A stretch of 64,000 nucleotides of DNA, taken from contig JAKSMC010000015.1 in assembly GCA_024400835.1 (NCBI GenBank), positions 1,859 through 65,858 of the forward strand, written 5' to 3'. The notes beneath the pieces are model-generated. The model worked only from the letters and a program-made list of their open reading frames with translations. It was not told where the DNA came from and did no database searches. Source of the DNA: Bacteroidales bacterium (lineage in GTDB: Bacteria > Bacteroidota > Bacteroidia > Bacteroidales > WCHB1-69). The position numbers were made by a program, and so were the translations under genes. Each line of letters begins with the position of its first letter. The first letter of the stretch is position 1. Of this stretch, positions 1-10,917 are shown in pieces.

Positions 1-580
1 TGAGAAAAGGTTGAAACAACTGAACCGCAGTGAAACCATTCCGTTCGCCTTCCGTGTCTATGCCGTTTATGACGTAGAGCAGGAACTGACCGATAAGGAG
101 CTGCACAAACTGATTGACAACCTTAATCCCGATCTACGCACCATTGAAACATTTGACGGCAAGGAAAGAGTGAAAGAGTTCTATGCAATGTCGGCAGAAG
201 ATGCCTACCTGCTTTTGGAATGTATTGCCAAAATCAGCGGAACACAAGACCGACTGAAACGGATGCAGCCCGAAGGCCACGAAATCATAGACGAACAAAT
301 CGCCAAAGAAATCAAAGAAACCGCAAGACGTGGAGCGTTCCGTTTCAGCGAATGCGATATACCAGTGGGCAGCATACTGACATTTGTAGATGATGACCAA
401 ATCAAGGTAGAAGTGCTGGACGACAGACACATTAAATACAATGGCGAAACAACTTCATTGTCGGCATTGGCGCAAAGACTGAAGGGATTTGACCACGCAG
501 TTCAAGGAACATTGTGGTTCAAGTACCAAGGAGAAAAGTTAACCGACAGAAGGGAACGATTGGAAAAAGAAAAACAATAA
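1..580 (+). CDS. GIY-YIG/T5orf172-type nuclease family protein, 5'-partial
   Basis: The frame is open to the window edge (E-K-R-L-K-Q-L-N-RSETIPFAFRVYAVY), a segment typical of T5orf172/GIY-YIG proteins. The C-terminus (SLSALAQ...QGTLWFKYQGEKL) is RAMA/DUF4357-like. Lies next to hsdR. Confidence 0.6.
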   Translation, partial: EKRLKQLNRSETIPFAFRVYAVYDVEQELTDKELHKLIDNLNPDLRTIETFDGKERVKEFYAMSAEDAYLLLECIAKISGTQDRLKRMQPEGHEIIDEQIAKEIKETARRGAFRFSECDIPVGSILTFVDDDQIKVEVLDDRHIKYNGETTSLSALAQRLKGFDHAVQGTLWFKYQGEKLTDRRERLEKEKQ

Positions 581-583
581 ACT

Positions 584-1484
584 ATGTTTGAGGCACAGAA
601 CAAACAACTCACGCTGCAAGACAAATTCGATTTGGCAAAGAAACTGTCTGAAGGCGGAACCGCAAACACAGGGTTCTGCATAGATGGTCAGGTTTATAAT
701 GCCTACTTGACCAATGATGAATGGAGTGATTTTGTAAAAACTATGCCAACCGAAATTGCAATTTTTTTTGACAATGGACAAGGCGGGGATATGAGAGAAC
801 GAAAAACTTGCTTTGGTAATTATATTCCGCCTAAGATGTCGTCTTATGGTTCGTCAAGTCGAATGCTTTATGAATTGGCAAAAGACATTCCCGATTTCAT
901 TTTCAAGTACAAGATGCCGGCAATCATTGGCGGCAAAGCACATTTGGATGGGTATTTGAAAAAAGGCAACATATATATGGACGCAAAATGCCGTGAAATA
1001 TATGGAGGCCAAGGAGATGTGAAAAATGTTTATGACCCCTATTACGCTTACTTGTTCCGAAAAACATTGCTGCGATATTTTCGATATGGTAAACTGGGGC
1101 ACAAAGGAAGTAATGTATTTAAATTTGAAACAGATACTATGCCACTTTCTTTGTATTGCCAACTATCACTTGTGCAACGGCATTGCACCAGTAAACTTCA
1201 TATATTTGGTTTACGAACCAACGACAGCACTTCTGTCTTACTTGACGAAAGAAGAAAGTTCTAAAATACAAGAGATATGGAATCAAGATAAGCAGGAAGC
1301 AGAAAGTATTGATTTCAAGCGTTTGTATCGTATTGCCGCATTATTTCTTCACGAAGAACAAGGGATAGCACCCAATATCACAACTGAACAAATTGCAGAA
1401 ATGAGCGAATCATTTACATTCACATTCTGTACCCAACACGATTTCATTGATAATATAAACCGATTAAGTAATGGTACAATATAA
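584..1484 (+). pseudogene. Frameshifted putative PD-(D/E)xK restriction-endonuclease-like gene (PGN_0703-like)
   Basis: Two overlapping ORFs, 584-1264 (SSSRM, AHLDG...DAKCRE) and 1026-1484 (LKQILCHFLCI..FIYLVYEP), read as N- and C-halves of one protein. The frame switch is near 1050-1110. Confidence 0.5.
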
Positions 1485-4400
1485 CCTTATAGCCGAAACC
1501 CCCGAATGCACCGTAGTCAGCGACTACCAAGCACCCTACAACTCCCGTTCCACAACCTACCAGAGTGAAGCGGCATTGGAAAAGGCGTTCATTGAGGAAC
1601 TTCAAAAGCAGGCATACGACTACCTGCCAATCAAGTCGGAGCAGGAACTGATATTCAACCTTCGCAATCAGTTGGAAGAACTGAACGATTATCTGTTCAC
1701 CCCGACCGAATGGGAACGCTTTTATACCTCCGTTATCGCCAAAGCGGACAGCGGCATTGTGGAGAAGACCACATTGATTCAGGAAGACTGCGTACAGGTG
1801 CTGAAAAAGGATGACGGAACTTTCAAGAATATCAAACTGATAGACAAAGACCACATTCACAACAACCATCTGCAAGTTATCAACCAGTATGTCCCCGAAG
1901 GCGGAACGGCTGCCAATCGTTATGACGTGAGCATATTGGTCAATGGTCTGCCGTTAGTTCACATTGAACTGAAACGCCGAGGTGTGGACATAAAGGAAGC
2001 GTTCAATCAGATCAACCGCTATCAGCGTGAAAGTTTTTGGAGCGGATGCGGATTGTTCGAGTTCGTACAGATATTCGTGATCAGCAACGGAACTTACACC
2101 AAGTATTATTCCAATACCACCCGTTTCGCCCATATCAAAGAGCAGGCAGGCAAACAGAATCATAAAGGCAAACGCACCAGCAATTCATTCGAGTTCACAA
2201 GCTGGTGGGCGGATGCCAACAACACGCCGATAACCGACCTGATGGACTTCGCCAGGACTTTCTTTGCCAAGCATACGATTCTGAACCTGCTGACCAAATA
2301 CTGCGTGTTCACCGAAGAAAGACTGCTGCTGGCGATGCGTCCATACCAGATTGTCGCCACGGAAAGGATAATCAGCAAAATCAACATTGCCACCCAATAC
2401 AAGAAGTTCGCACCGGCGGAAAGCGGTGGGTACATTTGGCACACCACAGGCAGCGGCAAGACACTGACTTCGTTCAAGACAGCCCAAATCGCAAGCAAAC
2501 TTCCGTACATTGACAAAGTGCTGTTCGTGGTCGATAGAAAGGATTTGGACTATCAGACGATGAAGGAGTATGACCGCTTTGAAAAGGGAGCGGCCAATGG
2601 CAATACCAGTACGGCGATTTTGAAAAAGCAGTTGGAAGACGACAACTGCCGCATTATCATTACCACCATACAGAAGCTATCCATATTCACCAAGAAGAAC
2701 ACGGGGCACGAAGTGTTCAAGAAGCATTTGGTGCTGATATTTGACGAATGCCACCGCAGCCAGTTCGGCGACATGCACCGCCTCATTACCAAGCATTTCA
2801 AACAGTGCCATTTGTTCGGATTCACTGGCACGCCTATCTTTGCCGTAAACTCCAGTTCCAGTGCCGCCGCCGACCTCAAAACCACAGCCCAGGCATTCGG
2901 TGAGAAACTGCACACCTATACCATTGTGGATGCTATCAATGACAAGAACGTGCTGCCGTTCCGCGTGGACTACATTAAGACAATCAAGGAAGAAGAAAAT
3001 ATCATAGACAAGATGGTCAACGACATTGACCGAGAGAAAGCCCTGTTGTCGAAAGAGCGAATCAGCAATGTCGTCGCATACATATTGGAGCACTTCAATC
3101 AGAAGACCAAGCGCAACGAATACTACCAGTTGAAGGAGCGGAGACTGCGTGGATTCAACTCCATATTCTGCGTTCAATCCATTGAGGCTGCGAAACTGTA
3201 CTACACGGAGTTCAAGAAACAGATGGCATTGCTGCCGTCAGACCAGCAGTTGAAAATCGCAACCATTTACAGCTACGCTGCTAATGAGGCGGATGACGAA
3301 AACGGCTTTATGGGTGATGAGAACAACGAAGACACCGCCAGCTTGGATATGGTCAGCAAGGACTTTCTGCAACAGGCGGTTTACGACTACAACCAAATCT
3401 TCAGCACCAACTACGGCATATCCGCCGACAAGTTCCAAAACTATTATAAGGACCTGTCGCAGCGGGTCAAGAACCGCGAGGTTGATTTGCTGATTGTGGT
3501 CAATATGTTCCTAACGGGCTTTGACGCAACCACGTTAAACACATTGTGGGTTGATAAGAACCTGCGTCTGCACGGTTTGTTGCAGGCGTATTCCCGCACC
3601 AACCGAATCCTTAATTCCGTCAAGACTTTCGGCAACATTGTCTGCTTCCGCAATTTGGAAGACGCGACCAATGAGAGCATAGGATTGTTTGGGGACAAAG
3701 ACGCAGGCGGCATTGTACTGTTGAAGACCTTTGAAGACTACTACGAAGGCTATACCGATAAGAAAGACAAGGAACATAAGGGATACAAGGTGCTGATTGA
3801 AGAATTGCAGGAAAGATTCCCCGTCGGCAAACTGATAATCGGCGAGCAGAATCAAAAGGACTTCGTCAGATTATACAACGCAATCCTGAAACTGAAAAAC
3901 ATACTCTCCTCCTTCGACAAGTTTGAAGGAAACGAAATCCTGACAGACCGTGATTTTCAGGACTACCACAGCACCTACATTGACATTTACAACACCCTTC
4001 GTCCGCCAGTCGGCCAAAAGGAGAATATCAATGACGACCTCGTGTTTGAGATGGAATTGATTAAGCAGGTGGAGATCAACATTGACTATATCCTTATGCT
4101 GATAAAGAAGTATCACGACAGCCACTTGCAAGACAAAGAAATCGTGGTCAATATCAACAAGGCAGTCAATTCCAGCATTGATTTGAGAAACAAGAAGCAA
4201 TTGATCGAGCAGTTCATTGACAGTCTTACCCCGACCAGCGATGTGGACAGCGATTGGCGGTTGTATGTTCAGCAGCAGAAGGAGGCCGAACTGAATGCCA
4301 TTATTGCGGAGGAAAAGTTGAAGGAAGAAGAGACGAAAGCGTTTATCGAAAATGCCTTCAAAGATGGCGAGTTGCAGACCACGGGAACGGCATTCGCAGG

Positions 4401-4512
4401 CATACTGCCGCCCGTATCAAGGTTCTCTCCAACGCAGGAACGCACCCAGAAGCGGGAACGCATATTGGAAAGAATCAAAGCATTCTTTGAACGGTTCAGA
4501 GACATCATATAA
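1471..4512 (+). CDS. hsdR: Type I restriction enzyme R subunit (EcoR124I-like)
   Basis: 1013 aa. RYD..VNGLPLVHIELK nuclease motif, HTTGSGKT Walker A, DECH box, FTGTP, MFLTGFDA and QAYSRTNR helicase motifs. Confidence 0.95.
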   Translation: MVQYNLIAETPECTVVSDYQAPYNSRSTTYQSEAALEKAFIEELQKQAYDYLPIKSEQELIFNLRNQLEELNDYLFTPTEWERFYTSVIAKADSGIVEKTTLIQEDCVQVLKKDDGTFKNIKLIDKDHIHNNHLQVINQYVPEGGTAANRYDVSILVNGLPLVHIELKRRGVDIKEAFNQINRYQRESFWSGCGLFEFVQIFVISNGTYTKYYSNTTRFAHIKEQAGKQNHKGKRTSNSFEFTSWWADANNTPITDLMDFARTFFAKHTILNLLTKYCVFTEERLLLAMRPYQIVATERIISKINIATQYKKFAPAESGGYIWHTTGSGKTLTSFKTAQIASKLPYIDKVLFVVDRKDLDYQTMKEYDRFEKGAANGNTSTAILKKQLEDDNCRIIITTIQKLSIFTKKNTGHEVFKKHLVLIFDECHRSQFGDMHRLITKHFKQCHLFGFTGTPIFAVNSSSSAAADLKTTAQAFGEKLHTYTIVDAINDKNVLPFRVDYIKTIKEEENIIDKMVNDIDREKALLSKERISNVVAYILEHFNQKTKRNEYYQLKERRLRGFNSIFCVQSIEAAKLYYTEFKKQMALLPSDQQLKIATIYSYAANEADDENGFMGDENNEDTASLDMVSKDFLQQAVYDYNQIFSTNYGISADKFQNYYKDLSQRVKNREVDLLIVVNMFLTGFDATTLNTLWVDKNLRLHGLLQAYSRTNRILNSVKTFGNIVCFRNLEDATNESIGLFGDKDAGGIVLLKTFEDYYEGYTDKKDKEHKGYKVLIEELQERFPVGKLIIGEQNQKDFVRLYNAILKLKNILSSFDKFEGNEILTDRDFQDYHSTYIDIYNTLRPPVGQKENINDDLVFEMELIKQVEINIDYILMLIKKYHDSHLQDKEIVVNINKAVNSSIDLRNKKQLIEQFIDSLTPTSDVDSDWRLYVQQQKEAELNAIIAEEKLKEEETKAFIENAFKDGELQTTGTAFAGILPPVSRFSPTQERTQKRERILERIKAFFERFRDII

Positions 4513-4582
4513 CATTTCCTCCTTCTGCTTCCTCTCTTGTTTTTTATTATCTTCGCCTCCTCAACAATCAAATCACAACAAA

Positions 4583-5206
4583 ATGAAAAAGTTCTTAATA
4601 TCAGTACTTTGCATTTTATTATTCGTTCCAAATTGCGTACAAGCGCAGCACCTTCACAGCGATTTGTATAACGGAATCGGCCTCAATGCAGGACCGGTGT
4701 CTGGTATGGGAGCCCTCATTTACGGAAGCGTGGGATTCTGGGAAGCATTGGGCAGCGGCATTTCCAAGAAGGCCTCCAAAATGGATATGTACGGACATTA
4801 CGGGCTACATTATTATTATCAAGTGAAACCCTGGTGTCAGATCGGAGTGAAAGCCACCGTCGAGAGTATGAAGATGACCCATTTCACCGACACCACGCGC
4901 CTGGTCATTAAAGACCAATATGTAATGTCTTTCATAACCCTTATGCCCAGCGTACGTTTCACCTACCTAAACCGTCCTTGGGTACGCCTCTATTCAGGCA
5001 TTGATGTGGGCTGCAGCTATCTGTTTGACAGCCGCGACCGCGCTTCCAGCAAGGAGGATAACGAAGAGAGCGGCAACAACAAATTCCTGTTTGCCTGCAA
5101 CATCTCCCCCATCGGGCTCGAAGTCGGCAAAAAGTTCTACGGCCTGCTGGAAACCAACATCGGCTACGACTCCTTCGTCAAAATCGGCATCGGCGCTCGA
5201 TTCTAA
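4583..5206 (+). CDS. Outer-membrane beta-barrel protein (hypothetical)
   Basis: Signal peptide MKKFLISVLCILLF..VQA from ATG 4583, amphipathic strands, C-terminal Phe (IGIGARF). Confidence 0.65.
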   Translation: MKKFLISVLCILLFVPNCVQAQHLHSDLYNGIGLNAGPVSGMGALIYGSVGFWEALGSGISKKASKMDMYGHYGLHYYYQVKPWCQIGVKATVESMKMTHFTDTTRLVIKDQYVMSFITLMPSVRFTYLNRPWVRLYSGIDVGCSYLFDSRDRASSKEDNEESGNNKFLFACNISPIGLEVGKKFYGLLETNIGYDSFVKIGIGARF

Positions 5207-5236
5207 TGCAGGAAAAACGTATTCAATTGCGTTCCT

Positions 5237-6250
5237 CTATTTCACCTTGCATCTGGTATTGACGATGTAGTCGGCGATGGATTCGATGACATCCGGTTCC
5301 AAGTACAATGGGATCTGCGGCATCTCCGGAAGCAGTCTTTCAAAGACCACATACATCTCGTATTCCTTGTTGTCGAAAGCATATTGGAGCGTTTTCAATG
5401 CAATATCCTTCTTTACCAGCTTCTTATCCATAGTCACCAAGATGGCGGCAATGGCTTCTTTTTCCTGCAACAAACCGAGATTGTCCGGTCCCATAGACTC
5501 TGCATAACCTGGCTCGTAAGCCCATACGGCCTTCACCAAGGCATAAGGCATCCAATAGTCTTTGTAGGTCACTTTGATAATGTCCTTCTCCTTTTTGGAA
5601 TCGTAAGCTTCATCCAACTTGTAAAGCGGTCTGAGATACCAATCCTTGTACTCCTTTTTATTGTATTTGTAAATTTCCTGCAATTTGGTCGTGAGTCGCG
5701 GATTGTTGCGGTTGAGGACCTTGGCGATGGAGATTTCCTTCATAGCCTTGCCGAAATCTTCTTTGAAAAGCAACGTGTTGCCCAAAGCCCAGTGAGCAAG
5801 ATAATCAATGTAGTTGTTGTCAATAGCTCTCTGATACCATTCCTGGGCATTGTCCAAATCGCGTTCGTGGAAATAAGTGTCTCCGATATAGACCATGGCC
5901 TTGTAATAAGTCGGGCACAGTTCCAGCACCTTTTGATAGTTCTTTCGTGCCGCAGGATAGTTCTTCTGCTGGAAAAAATCCTCCGCATCGTCGAAATAGC
6001 CGGAAGCCTCTTTGGAGAGTTCGTAATTCTTAATCTCATAATGGACACCGTCTTCTTTCACACGGTAGATGTCGTTGGAAATCAGATTTTCCGCATAGTC
6101 GGGAACATCAAACTCGGTACCATTAGATATCGAATAACTCAAGCTAGATTGTTCCATGATTTCGAGGATTTCCTGAATGGTGTGCAAATCTTGTGCACTC
6201 AGGAAAAACACAGACAGCATCATGATAAAGGATAACATTATTCTTTTCAT
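5237..6250 (-). CDS. Secreted tetratricopeptide-repeat protein
   Basis: Signal peptide; TPR-pattern helices (ARKNYQKVLELCP, AMVYIGDTY, AHWALGNTL). Confidence 0.8.
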   Translation of the reverse strand: MKRIMLSFIMMLSVFFLSAQDLHTIQEILEIMEQSSLSYSISNGTEFDVPDYAENLISNDIYRVKEDGVHYEIKNYELSKEASGYFDDAEDFFQQKNYPAARKNYQKVLELCPTYYKAMVYIGDTYFHERDLDNAQEWYQRAIDNNYIDYLAHWALGNTLLFKEDFGKAMKEISIAKVLNRNNPRLTTKLQEIYKYNKKEYKDWYLRPLYKLDEAYDSKKEKDIIKVTYKDYWMPYALVKAVWAYEPGYAESMGPDNLGLLQEKEAIAAILVTMDKKLVKKDIALKTLQYAFDNKEYEMYVVFERLLPEMPQIPLYLEPDVIESIADYIVNTRCKVK

Positions 6251-6442
6251 ATAATAAAATTTTGAGGTTAATATTCAGAGTAAGGAGGAGCGAGTGCAAT
6301 GAGCAGAGAAACGAGATAGAATCGTCTTTTTAAAGAGGTGGCAAATATAGAAAAAAAGGTAATCGACACATTCATTTCAACAATAATTATCCTTTTAGCT
6401 TTTTTGCTATTTTTGCAGCCTAATTCAAACCACAACCAACCT

Positions 6443-7810
6443 ATGATAAGTTTCGAAAATATACACAAGCCAAATTGGAAATATACGGCTCTGCGTCCCT
6501 ATATAGAACTGATGCACAACTATGTGTTTTACAAAAACTTTTACGTATTGCACCGTGAACGTATCCCGAAGGATGCGCCCATTGTCGCTATTTCCAACCA
6601 CCAAAACGGGCTCAGTGATGCGCTCGGCATTCTTTTCACCTTTTCAAAAGACAAACGACACCCTGTGTTCATTGCCCGTGGCGATATTTTCAAGAATCCC
6701 GTCGCAGCCAAAGGACTGTACTTTCTGCGTATCATGCCGGCCTTCCGTCGCCAAGACGTGGGCTATGCCAATGTGAAGCACAACGAGGAAATTTTCGATC
6801 AGTCGGCAAAAATCCTGAATGACAACGGCGTGGTCGCTCTTTTCCCCGAAGCCGGGCATCAGGACAGGCATTTCTTAGGCACCTTCAAGAAGGGATTTGC
6901 CCGTATGGCATTCCGAGCCGCTGCCATGCGCGACTTCAAAGAGCCTGTATATGTGCTGCCGATGTCCAATCACTACACCAACTATTTCAGCGTACAAGGG
7001 CAGTTGGTGATGACTGTCGGCGAGCCCATCGACATTTCCTATTTATACGACACCTACAAAGAGAAGCCCGACTTGGCGCTCAAGCAACTGACGGACCGTG
7101 CCCGCGAGGTGGTCGAAAGCCTGATGCTGAACATCAAAACCAAGGAATATTACGAAGAGTACGAAATGCTCTGCGAAATCTTCAGCCGTGAGATGCTCGT
7201 CAAAGAGGGTGTCGCGTTCAACCACCTGCCCAGCCAGCTCGACGCGAGCAAACGAATCGTCGCCCGTCTGGAAAAACTGGAGCAAGAAGATCCGGAGAAG
7301 CACACCAAAATCATGGATGACACGTACCAGTATATCCGCTCTATCGAGAAGCTGAATCTGCGCGACTGGGTATTTGCCAAGAAGATGTCCTTCTGGAGTC
7401 TGCTCGGCAATTTCCTGTTGTCCCTCATCCTGGCTCCCATCGTCATCGTAGGCTGGCTGCTGTATCTGATACCTTTTAATGCAAGTTATCTGATAACCAG
7501 AAATATCGAAGACCAGATGCTGCACTCCTCCTTCCATTTTGCGATTTGGACATTGGTATCTTACCCTATCTGGTTCATCATCTTATCTCTAATCATCGGC
7601 TTCACCACTCACCTGTGGTGGATTATCCCCATCTTATTCGTTGTCTGCCTGCTGACCGTCATCTACTATTTCCGCGGCAAAACACTCATCAAAAAGATGC
7701 ATAACCGCCTCCGCCGTTTCGTGTTCTGGTATCGCGGCGACTATCGATACAAAAAGGCTGTGAAATGCAGAGAGGAAATTGTGAAGATGATGCACGAGAT
7801 TATGGGATAA
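6443..7810 (+). CDS. PlsC-family glycerolipid acyltransferase with C-terminal TM helices
   Basis: NHQNGLSD (HX4D), FIARGD and LFPEAG motifs. ATG 6443 follows a TATTTTTG promoter-like motif. Confidence 0.85.
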   Translation: MISFENIHKPNWKYTALRPYIELMHNYVFYKNFYVLHRERIPKDAPIVAISNHQNGLSDALGILFTFSKDKRHPVFIARGDIFKNPVAAKGLYFLRIMPAFRRQDVGYANVKHNEEIFDQSAKILNDNGVVALFPEAGHQDRHFLGTFKKGFARMAFRAAAMRDFKEPVYVLPMSNHYTNYFSVQGQLVMTVGEPIDISYLYDTYKEKPDLALKQLTDRAREVVESLMLNIKTKEYYEEYEMLCEIFSREMLVKEGVAFNHLPSQLDASKRIVARLEKLEQEDPEKHTKIMDDTYQYIRSIEKLNLRDWVFAKKMSFWSLLGNFLLSLILAPIVIVGWLLYLIPFNASYLITRNIEDQMLHSSFHFAIWTLVSYPIWFIILSLIIGFTTHLWWIIPILFVVCLLTVIYYFRGKTLIKKMHNRLRRFVFWYRGDYRYKKAVKCREEIVKMMHEIMG

Positions 7811-7945
7811 AGCCATTAGCCATTGGCTGCTGGCTATTAGCATTTTGAACTTTGACATTGACTTTTGGGAGTTCCTCTTAAACCTTAAACCTTAAACTAT
7901 AAACCTTTAACTTCTCACTTCTCACCTCTCACTTCTCACTTTAAA
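7811..7945. repeat. Intergenic microsatellite mosaic (GCCATTA / TTGACx / AAACCTT / TCTCACT blocks)
   Basis: Tandem 6-7-mers read directly from the sequence; the same blocks recur at other spacers. Confidence 0.8.
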
Positions 7946-7954
7946 CATAAAACT

Positions 7955-10312
7955 ATGACGCTCAAAGAACTATCCACAGGAAAATCGGCTGTTGTCCAGT
8001 CTGTCGGAGGGGAAGGCCCCAACCGGCAACATTTTTTGGACATGGGCCTCATTCCAGGCGTTATTGTCACATTGGTGAAATACGCTCCCATGGGCGACCC
8101 CATGGAATTGATAATCCAAGGCTACTCACTCACTTTGCGTTTAGCCGATGCGGAACAGATTACCGTTGTGCCATGTGACGTCCAAAAAGACCACGGCCCC
8201 AGGCCCGATATTGACAACACACCGTACATTGACTCCCTGCATGAGCACAACTCGCACCCGGGATTCGGTGAAAGCGGCAAATTCCATTCCAAAGAAGACG
8301 AGCACGAGCTCCCCAAAGGCGCCAAACTGACCTTCGCACTTGCCGGGCAGCAGAACTGCGGCAAGACCACTCTTTTCAACCAAATAACAGGTTCGAACCA
8401 GCACGTCGGCAATTTCCCCGGGGTCACAGTCGACCGCAAGGAAGGCGTCATCAAAGGGCATCCGGAGACCTCCATCACGGACCTTCCCGGCATCTATTCC
8501 TTATCTCCTTACACAGAAGAGGAGGTGGTTTCCCGCCGTTTTATTTTAGATGAAAAGCCCAAGGGCATCATCAATGTCGTTGACGCTTCGAACATCGAGC
8601 GCCACCTCTACCTCACCATGCAGTTGATGGAGTTAGACGTTCCTATGGTACTGGCCCTGAACATGATGGATGAGGTTCGCAACAACGGAGGCAGCATCCG
8701 TGTCAACGAGATGGAAAAGATCTTGGGGATACCTGTTGTGCCCATTGCCGCGGCACAGAACGAAGGCATTGACGAATTGGTCGAGCACGCCATACACGTG
8801 GCCAAGTACCAGGAAATCCATGCGCGCCAGGACTTCTGCGACAAGGACGAAGCCGGCGGTGCCGTCCACCGCTGTCTGCACAGCATCATGCACCTGATAG
8901 AAGACCATGCCCAGCGCGCCGGCATTCCCGTGCGCTTTGCGGCAGGCAAATTAGTGGAAGGTGACCATACCATCTTAGAGGCCCTGAAATTGGACCAAAA
9001 CGAAAAGGAAATGCTGGAGCACATCCTTGTGCAGTTGGAAGACGAACGCGGTTTGGACCCGTCCGCCGCCATGGCCGACATGCGGTTCTCCTTCATCCAC
9101 AAGCTGTGTTCGCACACCGTCGTGAAACCAGAGGAAAGCAAGGAGCGCATCCGCAGCAAGAAAATCGACGAATTCCTGACCGGCAAATGGACGGCAATCC
9201 CCTCCTTCATCATTGTGATGTGTTTGGTCATCTGGCTCTCCATCGACGTTTTGGGTTCTCCGCTGCAGAACCTGCTCGATCGTGGTTTCTCCTCTCTTTC
9301 AAACATCTGCCGAACAACCATGCTCCAAAACCACGTCAGCCCCACCATCATATCGCTCGTCACCGACGGTATTTTCAGCGGTGTGGGCTGCGTGCTGAGC
9401 TTCATGCCCATCATCATCATCCTGTTCTTCTTTCTGAGCCTTATTGAAGACAGCGGCTATATGGCGCGCATCGCGTTTGTGACCGACAAGTTGCTGCGCC
9501 GCATCGGTCTTTCCGGGCGCAGCATTGTGCCTTTGCTCATCGGCTTCGGCTGCTCCGTACCCGCCATCATGGCCACCCGGACGCTGCCGTCCGCCCGCGA
9601 CCGTCTGAAAACCATCCTGCTCACGCCATTTATGAGTTGTTCGGCCAAGATACCCATCTACGCATTCTTCACTGCGACATTCTTCCCGGGCCACGGCGGG
9701 CTCATCCTCACCGGGCTCTATCTGCTCAGCATACTTATCGGAGTCGTCCTTGCCTTGATTTCCAAGCACTTCAGCGACAACAGCCAGGCTGCCCCGTTCG
9801 TCATGGAATTGCCCAATTATCGAATGCCGAAAGCCAAGAATGTGGCCCATTTGCTGTGGGACAAGACCAAGGACTTCGTGCAGAAGGCCTTCACCGTAAT
9901 CTTTGTGGCCACCATCATCATCTGGTTCCTGCAGACCTTCAACTTCAGATTCGAGATGGTTGAAAACGGGGAAGGCAGCATCTTAGCCTGGATAGCAGGA
10001 GGCATAGCCCCGCTCTTCAAGCCCATCGGATTGGGAGACTGGCGCATTGTCACCGCATTGATAACCGGATTTTTAGCCAAGGAGAGTGTTGTCGCCACAA
10101 TTGGAGTTTTGAATGTAGCCCCCATGTTGACCACGGCATCCGCGGTTTCAATGTTGATATTCTGCTTGTTATACACGCCGTGTGTGGCCGCCATTGCCGC
10201 CGTCAAACGAGAACTCGGCAGCAAATGGACCATCTTCGTTGTCATCTTCCAATGCGTCATCGCATGGATTTTCGCCCTCATCGCCTACCTCATTGCGGGA
10301 GCCTTGATATAA
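7955..10312 (+). CDS. feoB: FeoA-FeoB fusion ferrous iron transporter
   Basis: N-terminal FeoA (LDMGLIPG, APMGDP), G-domain GQQNCGKT / GNFPGVT / DLPG / NMMD, membrane domain with PFMSCSAK and LYTPC. Confidence 0.95.
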   Translation: MTLKELSTGKSAVVQSVGGEGPNRQHFLDMGLIPGVIVTLVKYAPMGDPMELIIQGYSLTLRLADAEQITVVPCDVQKDHGPRPDIDNTPYIDSLHEHNSHPGFGESGKFHSKEDEHELPKGAKLTFALAGQQNCGKTTLFNQITGSNQHVGNFPGVTVDRKEGVIKGHPETSITDLPGIYSLSPYTEEEVVSRRFILDEKPKGIINVVDASNIERHLYLTMQLMELDVPMVLALNMMDEVRNNGGSIRVNEMEKILGIPVVPIAAAQNEGIDELVEHAIHVAKYQEIHARQDFCDKDEAGGAVHRCLHSIMHLIEDHAQRAGIPVRFAAGKLVEGDHTILEALKLDQNEKEMLEHILVQLEDERGLDPSAAMADMRFSFIHKLCSHTVVKPEESKERIRSKKIDEFLTGKWTAIPSFIIVMCLVIWLSIDVLGSPLQNLLDRGFSSLSNICRTTMLQNHVSPTIISLVTDGIFSGVGCVLSFMPIIIILFFFLSLIEDSGYMARIAFVTDKLLRRIGLSGRSIVPLLIGFGCSVPAIMATRTLPSARDRLKTILLTPFMSCSAKIPIYAFFTATFFPGHGGLILTGLYLLSILIGVVLALISKHFSDNSQAAPFVMELPNYRMPKAKNVAHLLWDKTKDFVQKAFTVIFVATIIIWFLQTFNFRFEMVENGEGSILAWIAGGIAPLFKPIGLGDWRIVTALITGFLAKESVVATIGVLNVAPMLTTASAVSMLIFCLLYTPCVAAIAAVKRELGSKWTIFVVIFQCVIAWIFALIAYLIAGALI

Positions 10313-10354
10313 TTCCCGTGAACAGTCCAGGTTCAAGGTTTAATGTTTAAAGGG

Positions 10355-10729
10355 CTAATTGCTCATAAAAGCACGGCCGACGTAGAAGAGCAGGAAGCCT
10401 GCTACGATGCTGGCGCAGAGGTAGCCGATGGCGACGAAAAGTTGGCCGCTATCCATTAGGCGATAGGTGTCAGCCATAAATGTGGAAAACGTAGTGAAGG
10501 CTCCGCAGAGGCCTGCTGTGAGCAACAGGTACACGCCGGCATTCAGATGGGTGTACTTTTCACCCAAGCCCATAAACAAGCCCAGCAGGAAACAGCCCAC
10601 CACATTGACGATAAAAGTGCCCCACGGAAGGGCGGTCCAATGCCAGCGATTGCAAAGTATACCAACAAGATAGCGCAATGCGGCACCGACAGATCCGCCC
10701 AACATCACCCACAATATATTTTTAAGCAT
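10355..10729 (-). CDS. crcB: Fluoride efflux channel FluC/CrcB
   Basis: 124 aa with GGSVGAALRY, GTFIVNVVGCF and GLCGAFTTFSTF motifs. Confidence 0.95.
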   Translation of the reverse strand: MLKNILWVMLGGSVGAALRYLVGILCNRWHWTALPWGTFIVNVVGCFLLGLFMGLGEKYTHLNAGVYLLLTAGLCGAFTTFSTFMADTYRLMDSGQLFVAIGYLCASIVAGFLLFYVGRAFMSN

Positions 10730-10764
10730 ATTCCTTGTGTTTTAAACGGTCGCAAAAATACAAA

Positions 10765-10875
10765 TAATGCGATAATGTGCTAATGTGCTAATGTGCTAAT
10801 GCGATAATTATACATATATACTCTTTAAACCTTAAACTTTAAACCTTGAATCTTGTGCCTTGAAACCTGAAACTA
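10765..10875. repeat. Intergenic microsatellite mosaic (TAATGTGC/TAATGCGA octamers, AAACCTT, GAAACYT)
   Basis: Tandem units visible between divergent crcB and EEP genes. Confidence 0.8.
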
Positions 10876-10882
10876 TTTTTTG

Positions 10883-10890
10883 TATCTTTG
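10883..10890 (+). promoter_or_regulatory. Bacteroidetes sigma-A -7 element (TAnnTTTG)
   Basis: TATCTTTG 28 nt before ATG 10918. Equivalent motifs precede many genes here (e.g. 18694, 25419, 28828, 41561). Confidence 0.6.
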
Positions 10891-10917
10891 CAACCTTATT
10901 TTTCAAGGTGTAAAAGC

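Noticed and set aside
10730-10800. Fluoride riboswitch upstream of crcB
   Set aside because: No GGCGATGG-type core; a -7 promoter motif lies close to the start, leaving no room.
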